Shown in pieces: positions 47,672 through 61,120 of a stretch of DNA of 64,000 bases (the first letter of the stretch is position 1; the number at the start of each line of letters is the position of its first letter). The stretch comes from Podarcis liolepis. Its lineage: Eukaryota. Position numbers and translations under genes: made by a program. The DNA lies in assembly GCA_965112155.1 (NCBI GenBank), contig OZ218098.1; one strand, 5' to 3'. The notes beneath the pieces were generated by a model. That model saw only the letters and a program-made list of their open reading frames with translations. It made no database searches and was not told the DNA's origin.

Positions 47672-47808
47672 CAAGGCTTCCTCAACCTCGGCCCTCCAGA
47701 TAATTTGAGACTACAATTCCCATCATCCCTGACCACTAGTCCTGCTAACTAGGGATCATGGGAGTTGTAGGCCTATAACATCTGGAGGGCCGAGGTTGAA
47801 GAAGCTTG
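47672..47808. mobile_element. hAT palindromic MITE (same family as 2141-2276)
   Basis: TIR ggcttcctcaacctcggccctccagat/atctggagggccgaggttgaagaagc; ATCTAAA duplicated on both flanks. Confidence 0.88.
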
Positions 47809-48268
47809 ATCTAAATGATAAATGGTATGGCCATCTTTTATTTACAATAAATTATGTCTATGCTTTATTAATAAATTATGCATCATATATAATTTATTAA
47901 CCACACCTACATGTACTCAGCACATGAATCTCTTATTCCTTTACACATTTTGAAGAGCAGAACGTAAGGGGCACTTTTCTTTAACTAGCAGGACAGCACC
48001 ATCAAACCCTGATCACTCCAAGGGGGTGGGGAAATAAATCATGGATCTGAGAGGGGATTTCCCCACCACCACCACCACCACTTTTCCTAGAAAAACCTGC
48101 TGTTTACTGCTGAACTGGAACAAACATCGATCAGGTTTTCTGTGGATTGACGTTTGCTCTGATTCAGCAGTAAACAGCGGGTTTTCTTAGGGAAAGAGGA
48201 GGGACACACACAAAAATCGTCTCCAACCTGTGACTTGAAATCACGGGATTTCAAATCCAACTAAAGTA

Positions 48269-48595
48269 CAGTGGTGCCTCGCAAGACGAAAAGAATCCGT
48301 TCTGTGATTCTCTTCGTCTAGCGGTTTTTTCATCTTGCGAAGCAAGCCCATTGATGGATTAGCGGATTAGCGCTATTAGCGGCTTTTAGCGGCTTATCGG
48401 ATCAGCTGATAAGCGGCTTAGCGGCTTAGAAAAAGGGGCGGGAGGGAAAAAACCCCGCAGGAACTCACAATACATTTTCGTCTTGCAAAGCAAGCCCATA
48501 GGAGATTCGTTTTGCGAAGCACCTCCAAAACGGAAAACTCTTTCGTCTAGCGAGTTTTCCATCTTGCGAGGCATTCGTCTTGCGGGGCACCACTG
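48269..48595. mobile_element. Tc1/mariner (Tigger-like) MITE, family B
   Basis: TA-CAGTGGTGCCTCGCAAGACGAA...TTCGTCTTGCGGGGCACCACTG-TA; internal TTAGCGG repeats. Confidence 0.92.
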
Positions 48596-51500
48596 TATGG
48601 ATGGGCCCCTAAATTGAAGCGTTAAGCTGTGGAAAATTAACAGCAGGAGGAAATGAAGGGAGGCAGGGAAAGAATTGAGGTTTCTGTTGCAGGTAGAAAG
48701 TTTGTCATCTGGATGCCAGGTCTCCTAATATGTGAACAGCAGTTTCACCCAGTGAGAATCTATGGAGACAACTGGCCTGGAAACAAGTTACTCAGAGACC
48801 ATGTTTACCCACTTCAGTAGATCTGGTGCCCAAACCTTGTAATCACACAGTGGCCAGAACTTGTAGAGCTTTCCTCTGTTGCTTGGTGTGGGTGGGTGAG
48901 TGGATGGGTGATCATCCCATCCACGCCTCCTTAGGGAACTCCTGCAAACACCCATAACAATAGTACTTGCCTTTTAAACAAACTTAATTTATAAAGGTGC
49001 TCTCAGAAATAGCATGGAAAAACCCCTATCTGTGTACTGTAGAACCTGGTAAAAATAAGGCTGTAAGAAAATATAGGGTGGTTGTTGTTTGAAGAACGTG
49101 ATCATTTTGTGCTTACCACTACTCAATTGCATTTATGGTTTAATATGGCAAATACTTAAAACATTTGGATAAATCAGAGCTTAAATGGAAGGGGGCCAGA
49201 AGAGGCTGCCCCCAACCACCCACACTGCTCTATTTACAAAGTTACAGGGAACACAAATTATCCAACACAGTGGGAGTTGTTGAGGGATTATGAGGCTTGT
49301 GGATTTACTTAACATCTTCTACCCTTTGCCCCATAATGCAAGCATTGAGACCAATCTAAATATATCATAAAAGGAAAACGCCAACTATGAAATGCAGGGA
49401 AACCATGCATCTTATGCCACAGTGAAGATGATGCCTTTAGGCAATTCTGCTTGGTCACACACATAGAGTTTTAGGCAGATACCTCCCCTTCTTCAAATGT
49501 ACTGCTCAAATAAAATTAGCTTGCCTCAAATTGGGAACAATTGTTTGCTTTGTAGAATATCTGTATGGACACCCTGTTCCAACTGCACACAGTATGTTAT
49601 TCAACAATTAATCATCAAGGTGCTTTTTCTAGCTGAAGACAGATGTCTGAAGTTAGCTGTCTGTTAGGGGGCTGGGGAGAAACCAGGGAAGGGAAGAGTG
49701 CTCTTCTCCTTGCCTTACTCTTCAAGCATTTTGGAACAGACTGGCCAGAGAGGCATTTCCAAGGGCACAGTCAGTCACCTGGGCTACGTTTGTAGCTCTC
49801 TGACATGAAATAAGATTTCCTATTTGGTTTATTCACATTGTTGCCAGCTTCCAGGAACTAAAGGTGTCAAAATAGCATACTGCCTGTCACCTAAAAAGGT
49901 CCTTCAATTGCCATGGACTGGAGACAGATGCAGGGGAATTCTTCTATTTTCAGGAGGCTTTATATTATCAACAACTACCTAACAAGTAAAGTTACTGATG
50001 ATAATAGGTGAGGTTTTGCTTGGCAGCCTAAAAGGAAGCACTGGATTTTTTTTTTTTAAATGAGGCCCAAGAGCTGGGGACAAACTCTGTCCTTTGTGCT
50101 AGAACAAAGAGTCTAAGCTTTGAATTAGGATTGGACAGGTTTTTCTTTTAAGTTCTCCAGGCACATTAGAAAGCATCAAGGCAGGAAAACACCCATGGAG
50201 AATGAAAAAGAAAAGCCCTTTTGTTCTTTTAGTACTAATAAGAATCAGCTTGGAGGAGACTTCTAAACAGAGCTACAGTTCTCAAATCTTATAGTACTTT
50301 ACAAATAAGAAAAGGTGATGTCAAAGGCAAAGCAGTTCCAAAGTTTTTCTGGTACAGACAAGGCTTTTAGCCTAGTTGTGTACAGTGATGCTGAGTGATC
50401 AAAATGCAAACATAAAATGTGCCACAAATGACATTCTCAAATGTTTTTAAACCCAAGACAGACTTATATTCAAGAGAAATTTAAATGTGTTGTGAATACA
50501 TTTAGCTCTTTTTTTTAAAAAAAAAAGTTTGTGCATCTACAGGATACCACACTGTGCCTGTCTCCAAGGTGAGCTTCATGGCTGAGTAGGGATTTGAACT
50601 CTGGACAACCAGTTCTAGTGTGACTTTCATGGCTTCTCACACATTCATGGCAATCTGAGCTTCTTTTAAATAAGTGCCAGTCTTGCAAAAAGTGCAGGAC
50701 TTGTGTTCTTACATCCAGAATCAAAAGCAGCTTTTTAAAAAAGCAACTGTACAAATAAGCTGCTGGGGGGCAGGGTACATTCAAACTTATTATGTGTTCT
50801 GCAATCACAGAGTGTGATTGGAAATCTCTCCATTATACAGCTCTCGACTCAAAACCAAAATTAGAATTTTGAGTCAGGAACCTGCTGTTTAATAGGACAG
50901 AACATACTGTCCTACTTCCCCCCAACTCTGCCAATGCAGTGAGGAGAGGGGAGAACCAAGGGTCTCATTCCTTATTAGGCTTACTAAGTCACAATCCAGA
51001 GATCGGTGGACAACCTTTAAATTCCCTACTGCAGTCAGCAATGAGGCAGCTGTAGTTTCTACCACCTCTTCCTCCCCAAACCCAAGCAACCATGTGGGGG
51101 CACAGCCTGCTCTACAGCACACTTGTAGTCAGGCACTTAAAAGCAAAAGGAACTTTATATCCAGGTTACTAAGTTTAAATTTCTGGTTTGAAACACAACT
51201 ATTTATTTGCTTTTAAGAAACCACAAACAGAAGGTCAGGAGGACTTGCATACAAAATAAACAAATGCAACATTTAGAGTTAGTATACACACCACAAAGTT
51301 TGCAAAACTGCTTGGGCTCCTGCAAGGGACTTGGCTATGCCAATAGAATTTCTGACATTTCCCACATTGCTAACCTGATCTCCATGCCACACTGCAAACT
51401 TTTTCCAAGTCCCTTCAGTCAGGCCTTATAAGTGGTCCCTGTAGGGCTTCTAGGAAGACTGTAAGCAGCTTTACCTATACTCAACAGCAGGCTGGTCAAA

Positions 51501-52700
51501 CTAAGGAGCAAGACCATTTTATAAAACCAGGTGGGATGTTATTTGTGTCTCAGACCACCTGATCTTGTTGGGCTCAGAAGTAGAAGTATATCTTTGAGCC
51601 AGCTATAACCATGCTGCAGAGCAGCAGGATCTGTACCTGCAAGTTTCTCTGCTACAAAAGGCAACCCATTATTAGAAAAAACAACAACCATAGTCAATAA
51701 CCATTCAATAACAAATATGCATCAAGTCAGCTTTCTTAGGAAAGTGGATCCACTGTTCAAGAGTGAGCTTTAATGAAAACTTAACAATACATAATATTAA
51801 GCACACAAGCAGTTAATATGGAGGCAGAGTAGCTGTATTATTAAGCACGGTTTTCTTTTCTGTTTGATGTACAACTATTTCCTGTAAAATAACCACAGAC
51901 TGATAAGAACAGGGCTCATAGTTTGACAGCAAATAACATAAGAATAAAAACCAGAAGGTACCGTAATAGGAAAGGGTGGAGAGCAAGTCTACATCAAATG
52001 AATGGAGTCTGAGATCATTTTTTTGTTGTTCATTTACTATATCCACTTTAAGTGCCATTTAATTTTTTATGCGATATTAGCACCCACATCCGTACCCACA
52101 ATCTGTTACTAGTACAACTACTACTATTTTTTATATATTTATTACATGTATATCTTACCCTTCCTCACAAAGGAGCTCAGGGCAGCAAACAAGCAATAAA
52201 ACATTGTTAGAACAATTTCAATACAGATGCAGACAGTGAAATATCTCAACTTAAAAGGCTTGTTGATAAGCCTATTTATATTCATAAAATTAAACAGGAA
52301 GAATGAGAGTGCCCCAGTACAGAAGTGTACTGAACAGAATGCCCAACATATTTATCTCAAAAGCAACCAGCGGAATTTTGATTGGGGTTGCAGGGCAAGG
52401 AGCAAAAATCAACTCTGACCACCCCATCCACTGACCTGATACAAACTGCCCTCCAACACAGATATTATAGCTGCAAGGGGGTGGCATATAGGTCCCTGAA
52501 TCAGATGTTGTATAAAGGGCATATCCATCTCCTTTCATCCACACCTGTCCACCTACAGCAACTTGCAAACCTATGCCACTTGCAGACTGCTGCTATGTCA
52601 CAGGTGAGATTCAATCTCATACAAGCAAATTCAGATTGCGCTACTGAAGTACAACCACCTCTTGCACAACCACCTGCTATTTTTTAAAAATTGGACTTTT

Positions 52701-53545
52701 TGTGGTAAGAAAAGCAATAGGAAAATATAACAATTGCTTGATGTGGTGTTGTACAAATCTGCTCCACTTCCAAGCAGGGCGGGGTTGCAGTCTGACCGCA
52801 TGGCTGCCTGCTGGCGTCGGGACGTGAAGAATATCCCGCGTCATCAGGGAGACCCAGCCACATCATTGCCTGGCTGCCAATCCGGCTGGCCAGGGTGTGT
52901 GGCCGGCTGCATTTAATCACCGGCGCGAGCCAGGGAGCTTCCTCTGGCTCACATCCTCGGATCTCCCTCCCTCCCTCCCCTTTTCCAGGTTTTTCAGCTT
53001 TGGCCTTGCTATGGACTGCGGTTGGTTGCCGTTGAGGGGCCTGGTAGGAATTTTTTCCATCTGGCAAATTGGCACTGGCCATTTGGTTTTCACCTACCAC
53101 ATAGCAATCATCACAACTTTGTAAGGTTTGGCAGTTAGGCATTGGTATGACTCTGTTGGGGGAGGGGAAGTGTGGCCATCACCTGCCCCTCCATGTTGAA
53201 GGGTATTCCGATAAAGGAGTCTGGGGGTGTGGATCTTGTCCGAAGTCCACGGAGGGGCTAGGGCCATGCCATGACCCCATTGGGAACCATGGGGGAGTTC
53301 GAGTCGATGCACATCGGGGGGGCTCCCCCTATTGGTGGTTTACCCTTACAGGACTCCCTGCACGGCGGCCAGGAGCCAGATAGAGTTTGTTCATTTCCCA
53401 GTGCCTAAGCCAATGCCACTCACATTCTGTAACCAATAAAGTTGTGGCCTAAATTTTGCCCGATAACCATTAACCTAATATACTGTGTACATGTGTCATT
53501 ATTCTTCATGGGGGGGGGGGAGAGGCCTTGGGGTCTTGACACACA
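52701..53545 (+). mobile_element. Probable solo LTR
   Basis: About 845 bp, GC/CpG-enriched relative to its flanks, with TGTG...CACA termini. TATA-like gataaa near 53210 and tgtaaccAATAAAgttgtggcc near 53435 are typical of an LTR R/U5. The TSD is not clean, so ends are approximate. Confidence 0.65.
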
Positions 53546-53649
53546 ACTTCCTCACATACAAATCAGAACAAATGCTCAAAATTTGGTCATTGTATGACAC
53601 ACACATACACACATCAGAATAAATGCTCAGCAGATCATGTGGAAGTGAC

Positions 53650-53760
53650 TCAGCTGGGATAGCTCAGTTGTAATCTCAGGGTAATGGGTTCGATTCCCAC
53701 GTTGGGCATAAGATTCCTGCAGGGGGTTGTACTACATGACCCTCACGGTCCCTTCCAACT
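53650..53760 (+). mobile_element. Short tRNA-derived SINE with CR1-like tail (same family as 3656-3790)
   Basis: gggatagctcagttg..taatctcagggt.atgggttcgattccc..ttcctgca..gggggttg.acta.atga..cccttccaact. Confidence 0.75.
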
Positions 53761-53924
53761 TATCTCTCTGAGGGCTAGCTAGAGCACTCTGTGGCACAAC
53801 CCTCCTTTGCATCCAACACAAGGTCAAAGCAGAAGCATATTTTATGTTCACCATTTGAAGAGGGAGACACAAGAAAGCAGATAACGTGTTATACAGGAAA
53901 GTCAAGGGGCCAAGCTTACATGTT

Positions 53925-54040
53925 TCTATATGGATGACAACTAATATAACAAAAAGATTCATGGCGCCTTAAAGAATATCAAATTTATCACAGCATGAGT
54001 TTTTGTGGAATACAGTTCATTTCATCAGATACATGAAGTG
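53925..54040 (-). mobile_element. Degenerate Penelope-like pLTR with decayed hammerhead
   Basis: Minus strand tatCTGATGAaatgaactgtattccacAAAAaCTCatgc...tctttaaggcgcca; same layout as the 36.3-kb repeat, with GAAAGCTC mutated. Confidence 0.55.
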
Positions 54041-55744
54041 ATACATTTGGAACAGTAAACCCCCAAGAGGACAAATTTCTACTAGTTAACATGTAAAGGT
54101 CTTTGGTCCTTAATTGCGTTCTTCTCACTCTTCCAAAATATAAAGTTTTGCACACTTTTATCAACAGAAGTCCCCCCCCCCAATTTCTTTTTTATTGAAT
54201 TTCACTTAGATAACCAAAAGAGAAAACAAATCAACAATTTCAAAAGAAATATCCAAACATAACATAAAAATAACATCAGTTTCCGTTACCGTTACAGAAG
54301 TTGATTACATCATCTACATTGCTACTGCTACTGCTACCTCTGTCTCATTCAGTCAAACCAATGACTGAATGCTTACGTAATTATACAGTGCAGATCTGCA
54401 GCTTTCAATGCACAATGAAGCAATACAGCCCAAGAGGAGGCTGTAGTAACCTGTGGCATACATGATCTTGTCTAGCTGCTTTCTCAATTTTAATTAAGAT
54501 GATTTTAACTGTATTCTATTTTTGCAGTGACTGCTGCGTAGTTTTCATTATTGTTGTAAACTGCTTTGAGTGCCAAAAGCTCATAATTTTAAATAAACAA
54601 AAAATTAAATACAATTATCCACTGAAGAACATGGTAAGATTTCCCACCAGATAAGAAACTGTGAGGCATTCCTCTTTCCATTTGAAACGTGCACAACAGT
54701 TTTGCTATAAGTCATAAGCCCTAGTTTGCCCTTTCCCTTCCCTGTTCCCTTTTTTATGCTTACCCCACATCCGGTGACAGTATCAAATTACACACATTGA
54801 TTCATGCGAATGCTAAGGAAAATAAAACGATCATTAGACCAACATGTTCTGTATCATAAGCCAAGCTATCCTGGGCTGCTCCTGATGGGTGGCTCCTAGC
54901 ATGATTAAATCACTGTTCTTCCACTGAACTATCAGCAGATTTGCAGTGGATTTTCCACACTAAAAGACATATTGCACTTTTCATTTATGTTCATCCCACT
55001 ATGATCAGTGGGCATGAAATAGCTACTGGGGATCAGGAAGGCCTCTAAGCAGTCATGGGGGGAGGGGGGCAGAGAATCCAAATGATCCCTAAAAAAGTAA
55101 ATTATTGTCCTCATTTAAGCATGATTACCCATTACTACCCAGGAAATTTCAAGAAACATGTTTAAAGTTTGTTTTGGACTGAAAGTGTAGATTTTATAGG
55201 TGGAAGAGCATATTTCTAAAACAGTGGCAAACCAGAAAGATTGTTTTCTCTCTACTTTTTAAACTGGCATTATATTATAACATTATATAACTACTGTAGA
55301 GCACTCTTATTTAAGAAGTATTTTACTAACAATTTAATACGTGAAAAAGAGATTTATCCAGGTAAGTGCTTGGGGTGTTATTTGAGGGAAAGATTAAACA
55401 ATGTTATTAAATGATGCCTACCACTAAGGTTATAGTGTATGCATGCCAAGTTGTGGTATCTCAAAACGCCCCCTCTTAAAGATGGAAGAGTAGCACTAAG
55501 GACATGTGTGGTGGTTGAGAAGACTGGAAGAGCAGTCGATAGATGTCAAACTTTCTGTGATAATAAAAAAGATAGAAGCACTGGGAAAACATGGGGTGAT
55601 TAGAAGTGGATGATGACACCATGTGGAGTCTCTGCAAACTGTGAGCGATAAAAGCAAGGCAATTCCATACCGGATGAAATAATGTTTTCTATATTCCAAT
55701 TACAAATTACTTAATATTAGAGGAATTTGAGACAGTGGTAGACA

Positions 55745-56021
55745 GAAGAAGAGGAGGAGGAGGAGGAGGAGGAGGAGGAGGAGGAGGAGGAGTTTGGATT
55801 TGATATCCCGCTTTATCACTACCCGAAGGAGTCTCATAGCGGCTAACATTCTCCTTTCCCTTCCTCCCCCACAACAAACACTCTGTGAGATGAGTGGGGC
55901 TGAGAGACTTCAGAGAAGTGTGACTAGCCCAAGGTCACCCAGCAGTTGCATGTGGAGGAGCGGAGACGCGAACCCATTTCACCAGATTATGAGTCTTAAC
56001 CACTACACCACACTGGCTCTC
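55745..56021 (-). mobile_element. Squam3-type SINE with expanded (CTC)n tail
   Basis: Colinear with 10710-10962; (GGA)n run at about 55752-55791 forms the tail. Confidence 0.9.
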
Positions 56022-57589
56022 AACCAAAAACCAAATTTCACTGTGAAATATTCATTTTTTTAAAAAAAGATTGTATTATCATGCGTTTTCTCCTGCTCCA
56101 GAATTCTGTGGTTAAACTTCACCTGCAGCAAAATCTTCATGCCTAAGTACTACCTCCAAAACTAAACCTAATTGAGACATACAAATAGAAACAGAATGCA
56201 TGTGTATGTGATAAGTTTCAGATTCTTACAGCATATCATAAACATTTGATCCGAGTCCAAAGACAAAGGGGCATTCTTAAAAGACAAGAGGTGTCTATTT
56301 TAAGTGTTGATTAACACTAACTGTTGTAATATTGCGAGCTGTGAGAGAAAGGATGAAAAAAGTCAGACAAGGATTCAGATTCATGTTAACTACTATTCAA
56401 AGACAGTTAAAGGGGATAGTGTTCTTTGAGCATCATATTCAAATGGAAATGGTTACATTTTCCAAGAAGGAAGGTATTTTTAGTATTTCACACAGTAGAG
56501 ATTAAATTCAGCTATTGTCTTGTGTTGTGAACTGTTGCCAAGAGGTGTGGTTTTTCATTCCAAGGTGGGGTTAGATGGAGAAAAACAGTCATTTTAAAGC
56601 TGGATTTTATAAAAGTCATTTCACTAGCCTATGACCACTTCTTCCTATTTCCCCCTCTTTCTCCCTTTCCACCCACATTAACCAGCATAGATTCTTATAG
56701 TAATGTTAATGGGACAACCACCAGAGCTCAGAAACTGTTTCAGCAGCCAAGTGAATCATGCTGAAGTAATGTGGGTGGGAAAAATCCCATGCCCAATTTC
56801 TAAGGACACAGCCTTTTATGGTATTTTTAGAGGAGAAGCTGTTCAAGTATCTTGCAGCACTTTGCGGTTCAGTGTACCAGTGAAAGCAGAACAGACTTTT
56901 CAGGATGCAGTGTTACTAAACAGCTTGTATGAGCCACAAGAACACAACACATTTCAGTTTCTTCTGTAAAGAAGCATAATGAACTGTAAATACTACAGTA
57001 TGTTTAATATAAAGAAAATTGCTCTAGTGTTGCTGTAAAATTAGCCCTGGCATCCCTGTGCTCAACACAGTGCACTAGAGTAAATGCCATGGAAATCAAT
57101 GGGACACACACCCTAATTCAAAACACATTTGGAAGCAAGTACAAGCTGAGTGCATTTTGAAATCTAATGAAAAAAAACAGTGGGATCACATACAAGCTCT
57201 AATAGAGAAAACACCAATGAAATTTAGACTTCAAACCAATCATTTCATTAACCCTTTCAAGTAACTATTTTGAGTGTAATACCCCATCTCCCACTGTTTT
57301 TCTTCCATGCTACTACTGACTGCATCTGGATTTTCCCTCCATCTCCTAGGAAACAACCTTCTGTTAGACACAGCTTGGATTCTCCCTTGAAACATGCATT
57401 TGGAAAACAGACTAAAGGCAACTCAATGACAGTGGGCAGGAAGAGAACAAGGCATTCACGTATACGCACTCAGATGCATTTCTGTTTCTTATTGGCTCCT
57501 CCCAAAGTTGCTTTATAAGTTGAAAAAGGTGTCTCTCTCTGTGTGTGTGTCTGTCTTGAGAAACAATCAACCTTTAAATCCGCTTTCTC

Positions 57590-59040
57590 ACGGATTTAAA
57601 GTGAACAAAACCAAAACGAAATTATTAGTGAAAAATATAGAAGAGCGGGATAAACAGGAGATACAATCTATCTATCAATAGTAAAAAAAAAAATCAAATA
57701 TCTAGGAATTTGGGTCACTACAAAACATATAAATTTGTTTAATGATGAATATGTGAAAGTATGGAGGGAGATAAAAAAAGTTTTAGAAATTTGGGGTAGA
57801 TTAAATTTATCATTATGGGGAAGAATCGCGACCATTAAGATGTGCGTGCTACCCAAAATGCTATTTTTAATTCAGATGATTCCAATAATAGGTGGGACAA
57901 GTTGTTTCAAGGAGTGGCAAAATGAATTGGCAAAGTTTATATGGCAAGGAAATAAACCGAAAATAAAGTATAAATTATTAACGAGGTAAAGGATAGAGGA
58001 GGTTTTACATTACCAGATCTTAAATTATATTATAAGTCTATATGTATTTGTTGGATGAAAGATTGGATGATTTTGAAAAATACTAATATATTGGATATGG
58101 AGGGGTGGGATAATAGATTCAGCTGGCACAGATATCTGGGGTATACTAAAGTAAAGGTAGACAGAGGCTTCCTCAATCATATAATTAGAAAATCATTATA
58201 CACAGTTTGGGAAAGATATAAAAAATTACTAGAACCAAAGACACCTTGGTGGCTACCACCCTTGGAGGTTATTGTGGTTAAAAAGAAAAACATGGACAGC
58301 AACTAGGCAACATATAAAGACATATTAGAAGAGGAAAATAATCATTTAAAAACATGAAGAATTAGATTTGGATTGGCTACAATATTACCAATTAAAGGAA
58401 ATCTTCAAATTAGACAAAAAATGTATTTGAGACACAGTTATCAAAATTAGAGAAATAAGTATTAATAAATAATAAGAAAATACAGTGGTGCCTCGCAAGA
58501 CGAAAAGAATTCGTTCCGCGAGTCTTTTCGTCTTGCGATGTTTTTCGTCTTGCGAAGCACGGTCCGTCGCAACTGCGCCTCTTCAAGCGGCTTTTTTAAA
58601 AAAGCTCAAGACGTTTTCGTCTTGCGAAGCAAGCCCATAGGGAAATTTGTCTAGCGAAGCAACGCAAAAACGGAAAACCCTTTCGTCTAGCGAGTTTTTC
58701 GTCTTGCGAGGCATTCGTCTTGCGGGGCACCACTGTATTATCAAAAACCTATAGATTATTATTATATTGGGAACACACAAGATTAAGAAGTGAAGGAGGT
58801 TATGGTTAAATAGGCACAAGATTTTGGATACCCAATTCTAATGGAAGATTGGGAAAGATTGTGGAAAATAGTTTTAAAATTCATGGCCTGTTATTTAATA
58901 AAAGAAAACTTCATGAAGATTATATACCGGTGGTATATAACTCCATGTAAATTGGCTAAAATATATAAAAACAACACGAACATATGTTGGAGATGCAAAC
59001 AAAAAGAAGGAACCTTATTCCATATGTGTTGGACCTGTCC
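57590..59040 (+). mobile_element. Degraded L1-clade LINE ORF2 fragment (RT C-terminus to Cys-rich region)
   Basis: GFKVNKTKT, IKYLGI, LSLWGRIATIKMCVLPKMLF, FIWQGNKPKI, CWRC..EGTLFHM.WTC; multiple stops and frameshifts; A-rich sense strand. Confidence 0.9.
58483..58735. mobile_element. Tc1/mariner MITE family B nested in the L1 fragment
   Basis: Same TIRs as 48269-48595 with TA TSD; different internal segment. Confidence 0.92.
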
Positions 59041-59389
59041 CCACCTCTTCATATAGTAATTTGGATTATGTAATTCAAATAAGAACTTTAGTTGTAAACA
59101 CATCAGAAGAACAAACAACAGAATGCATGTACTTAATGCCAGATTACAGTATGTTGCACAATGTTTTATAGGGAATCAGAAAGAGAGAATAGGAATAGAA
59201 ACATAAAGGAAAACATATTTCTCATTTGCATTCATTTGATTATGGATTAGAATAGATCCACATTATTTTAGAACAGAAAGCGAACTTGGCAGGAAGCTTT
59301 AAGCATTTCTCACTCAATCCAACACTAAAACATTAGCAGAAGTACCCAAGACATGTGTTCTAGACAGATCATAAAAATACAGCAATCAG

Positions 59390-59612
59390 TTATCAGCAGT
59401 TCCCAATGGCTTTATGAAAAAGCAGTGTTTTTACCAACCTCCAGAGGTAGAGGAGGGAGGAAGCTAAATAATTTTTGTTACAAACATAGCTCCAGGTGAC
59501 CCTGATGCTCAGATAGAGAAAAAGGCATTCTCCAAGGTAAGGGTCTGAGCGCTGATCAAGTACCAGCACTTTGAACTGGGTCCAGAAATGAATTGGCAGC
59601 CAATGACACTCA
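59390..59612 (-). mobile_element. L2 LINE ORF2 3' remnant
   Basis: Minus-strand HWLPIHFWTQFKVLVL...RLVKTLLF is typical of the L2 ORF2 C-terminus. Confidence 0.65.
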
Positions 59613-59625
59613 CCCCACAGCAAAT

Positions 59626-59762
59626 CAGGGATGAGAAACCTGTAATCCTCCAGATGTTGCTGGACTCCAATTCTCACCAGCTTCAGTCAAAATGACCTGT
59701 AGCCAGGGACGATGGAAGTTGCATCCAACCATATCTGGAGGGCTACAGGTTCTTCATCTCTG
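59626..59762. mobile_element. Degenerate hAT palindromic MITE
   Basis: TIR cagggatgagaaacctgta.tcctccagat/atctggagggctacaggttcttcatctctg. Confidence 0.75.
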
Positions 59763-61120
59763 CAATATCATATCTAAATATAGAGCATTTCCCAGCAGCA
59801 CATGGTGTCTGGCTGAAAAGGCAAATACAGAAGTTTAGGTAACATAAAAATACATGACTATTCTCCATTACTAAAAGCATGTAGAAGTAATGCCCAGAGA
59901 GATCACTATCACTGGGCTCTAAAAACGTAAGGAGAATAGCAGGCAACAGAAGTGGGTGAGTAATCGTATTTGATGACTCTCTCTGTGATTCTCTAATATA
60001 GGAAGTAGCTAAACAAGCTATTTGTCTTATGGAGGTGGGGGGGGGGGGACAGAAAGTGAAACCCACGCCAGGTGTTAATGAGTTACTATTACCCTTAGCA
60101 ATTGTCTACAATAATGCTGCCCTAGGCTATCAAAGTGTGTCACTTTTGGTATAATAGCTGGATTTGTGCCTTGGCATCTGGAGAGAGACTGGTGATCCTC
60201 AGAAGCAATGTATTCTATAATTAATTATTGGGGGAAGGGATGAGGCACTGACAATCTACACAGAGACAGTAGCAGGCACTGAATGCAGATAACTCATCTG
60301 AGACATTAGTTCATTGTTGGCATCTCAGAGGAATAATTTGCTTTACTTGTCACCAAATGTGCCTGATACAGAGTAAGCTAATTTAAATGCTTCTGTGGTC
60401 AGATCTGCACAGTCAAATCACCCTTAACTTTGCAGTACATATTAGAGACCTTTCAAATTAGCAACTGTGGAGCAGTTTTCCTATAGAGGGATAGAAGAAC
60501 ACAAAGATCTCCTCTCTTGCACTTTTGGGGTATGGGGAAACCATTTTTAAAAATGGACCAGAGCACACTACCACACACCACCTCATGCGTGATTTACTCT
60601 TGCATTTCTACTAATTTTTTCTATAACATATTTACTAGTTTGGTAAACATACCACACTGATCTGTTCTTTTCAGGGAGCTATCCACAACAACTACAAAAT
60701 CTCTCTGTACTAACCACCATAGAAGATAGAGGATATTAGCAAGGCAAAAAGCCCAGTGACTGAAACACATGTGTGACTAGCTGTGCAGTCTGAATAATGC
60801 AAGTAAATTCTAGTTGTGGAAATCTACTTTACTACACACTAGTGAATGAACACCCTAAACCAGTGATAGCTGAATGCAACAGCAGTACACTTCAAACCAA
60901 AGTTGTTCTTTCCCCCCTCAATTTGGTATGTCTATACAAAAAAAAAAAAAAAAAAGCATTGATAAGATAGGCAAGGAAAAGAATTAATAGTGCCAATGGT
61001 TAGAAACAGATGTAGGTTGAGCTTTGCCTTAAAAACAGAAATGAAAGCATTACTCTTGGGGATACATCACAGTTGATGAAAAATAGTGTTTAAGTTTTGA
61101 ATTATACATACACATTCACT

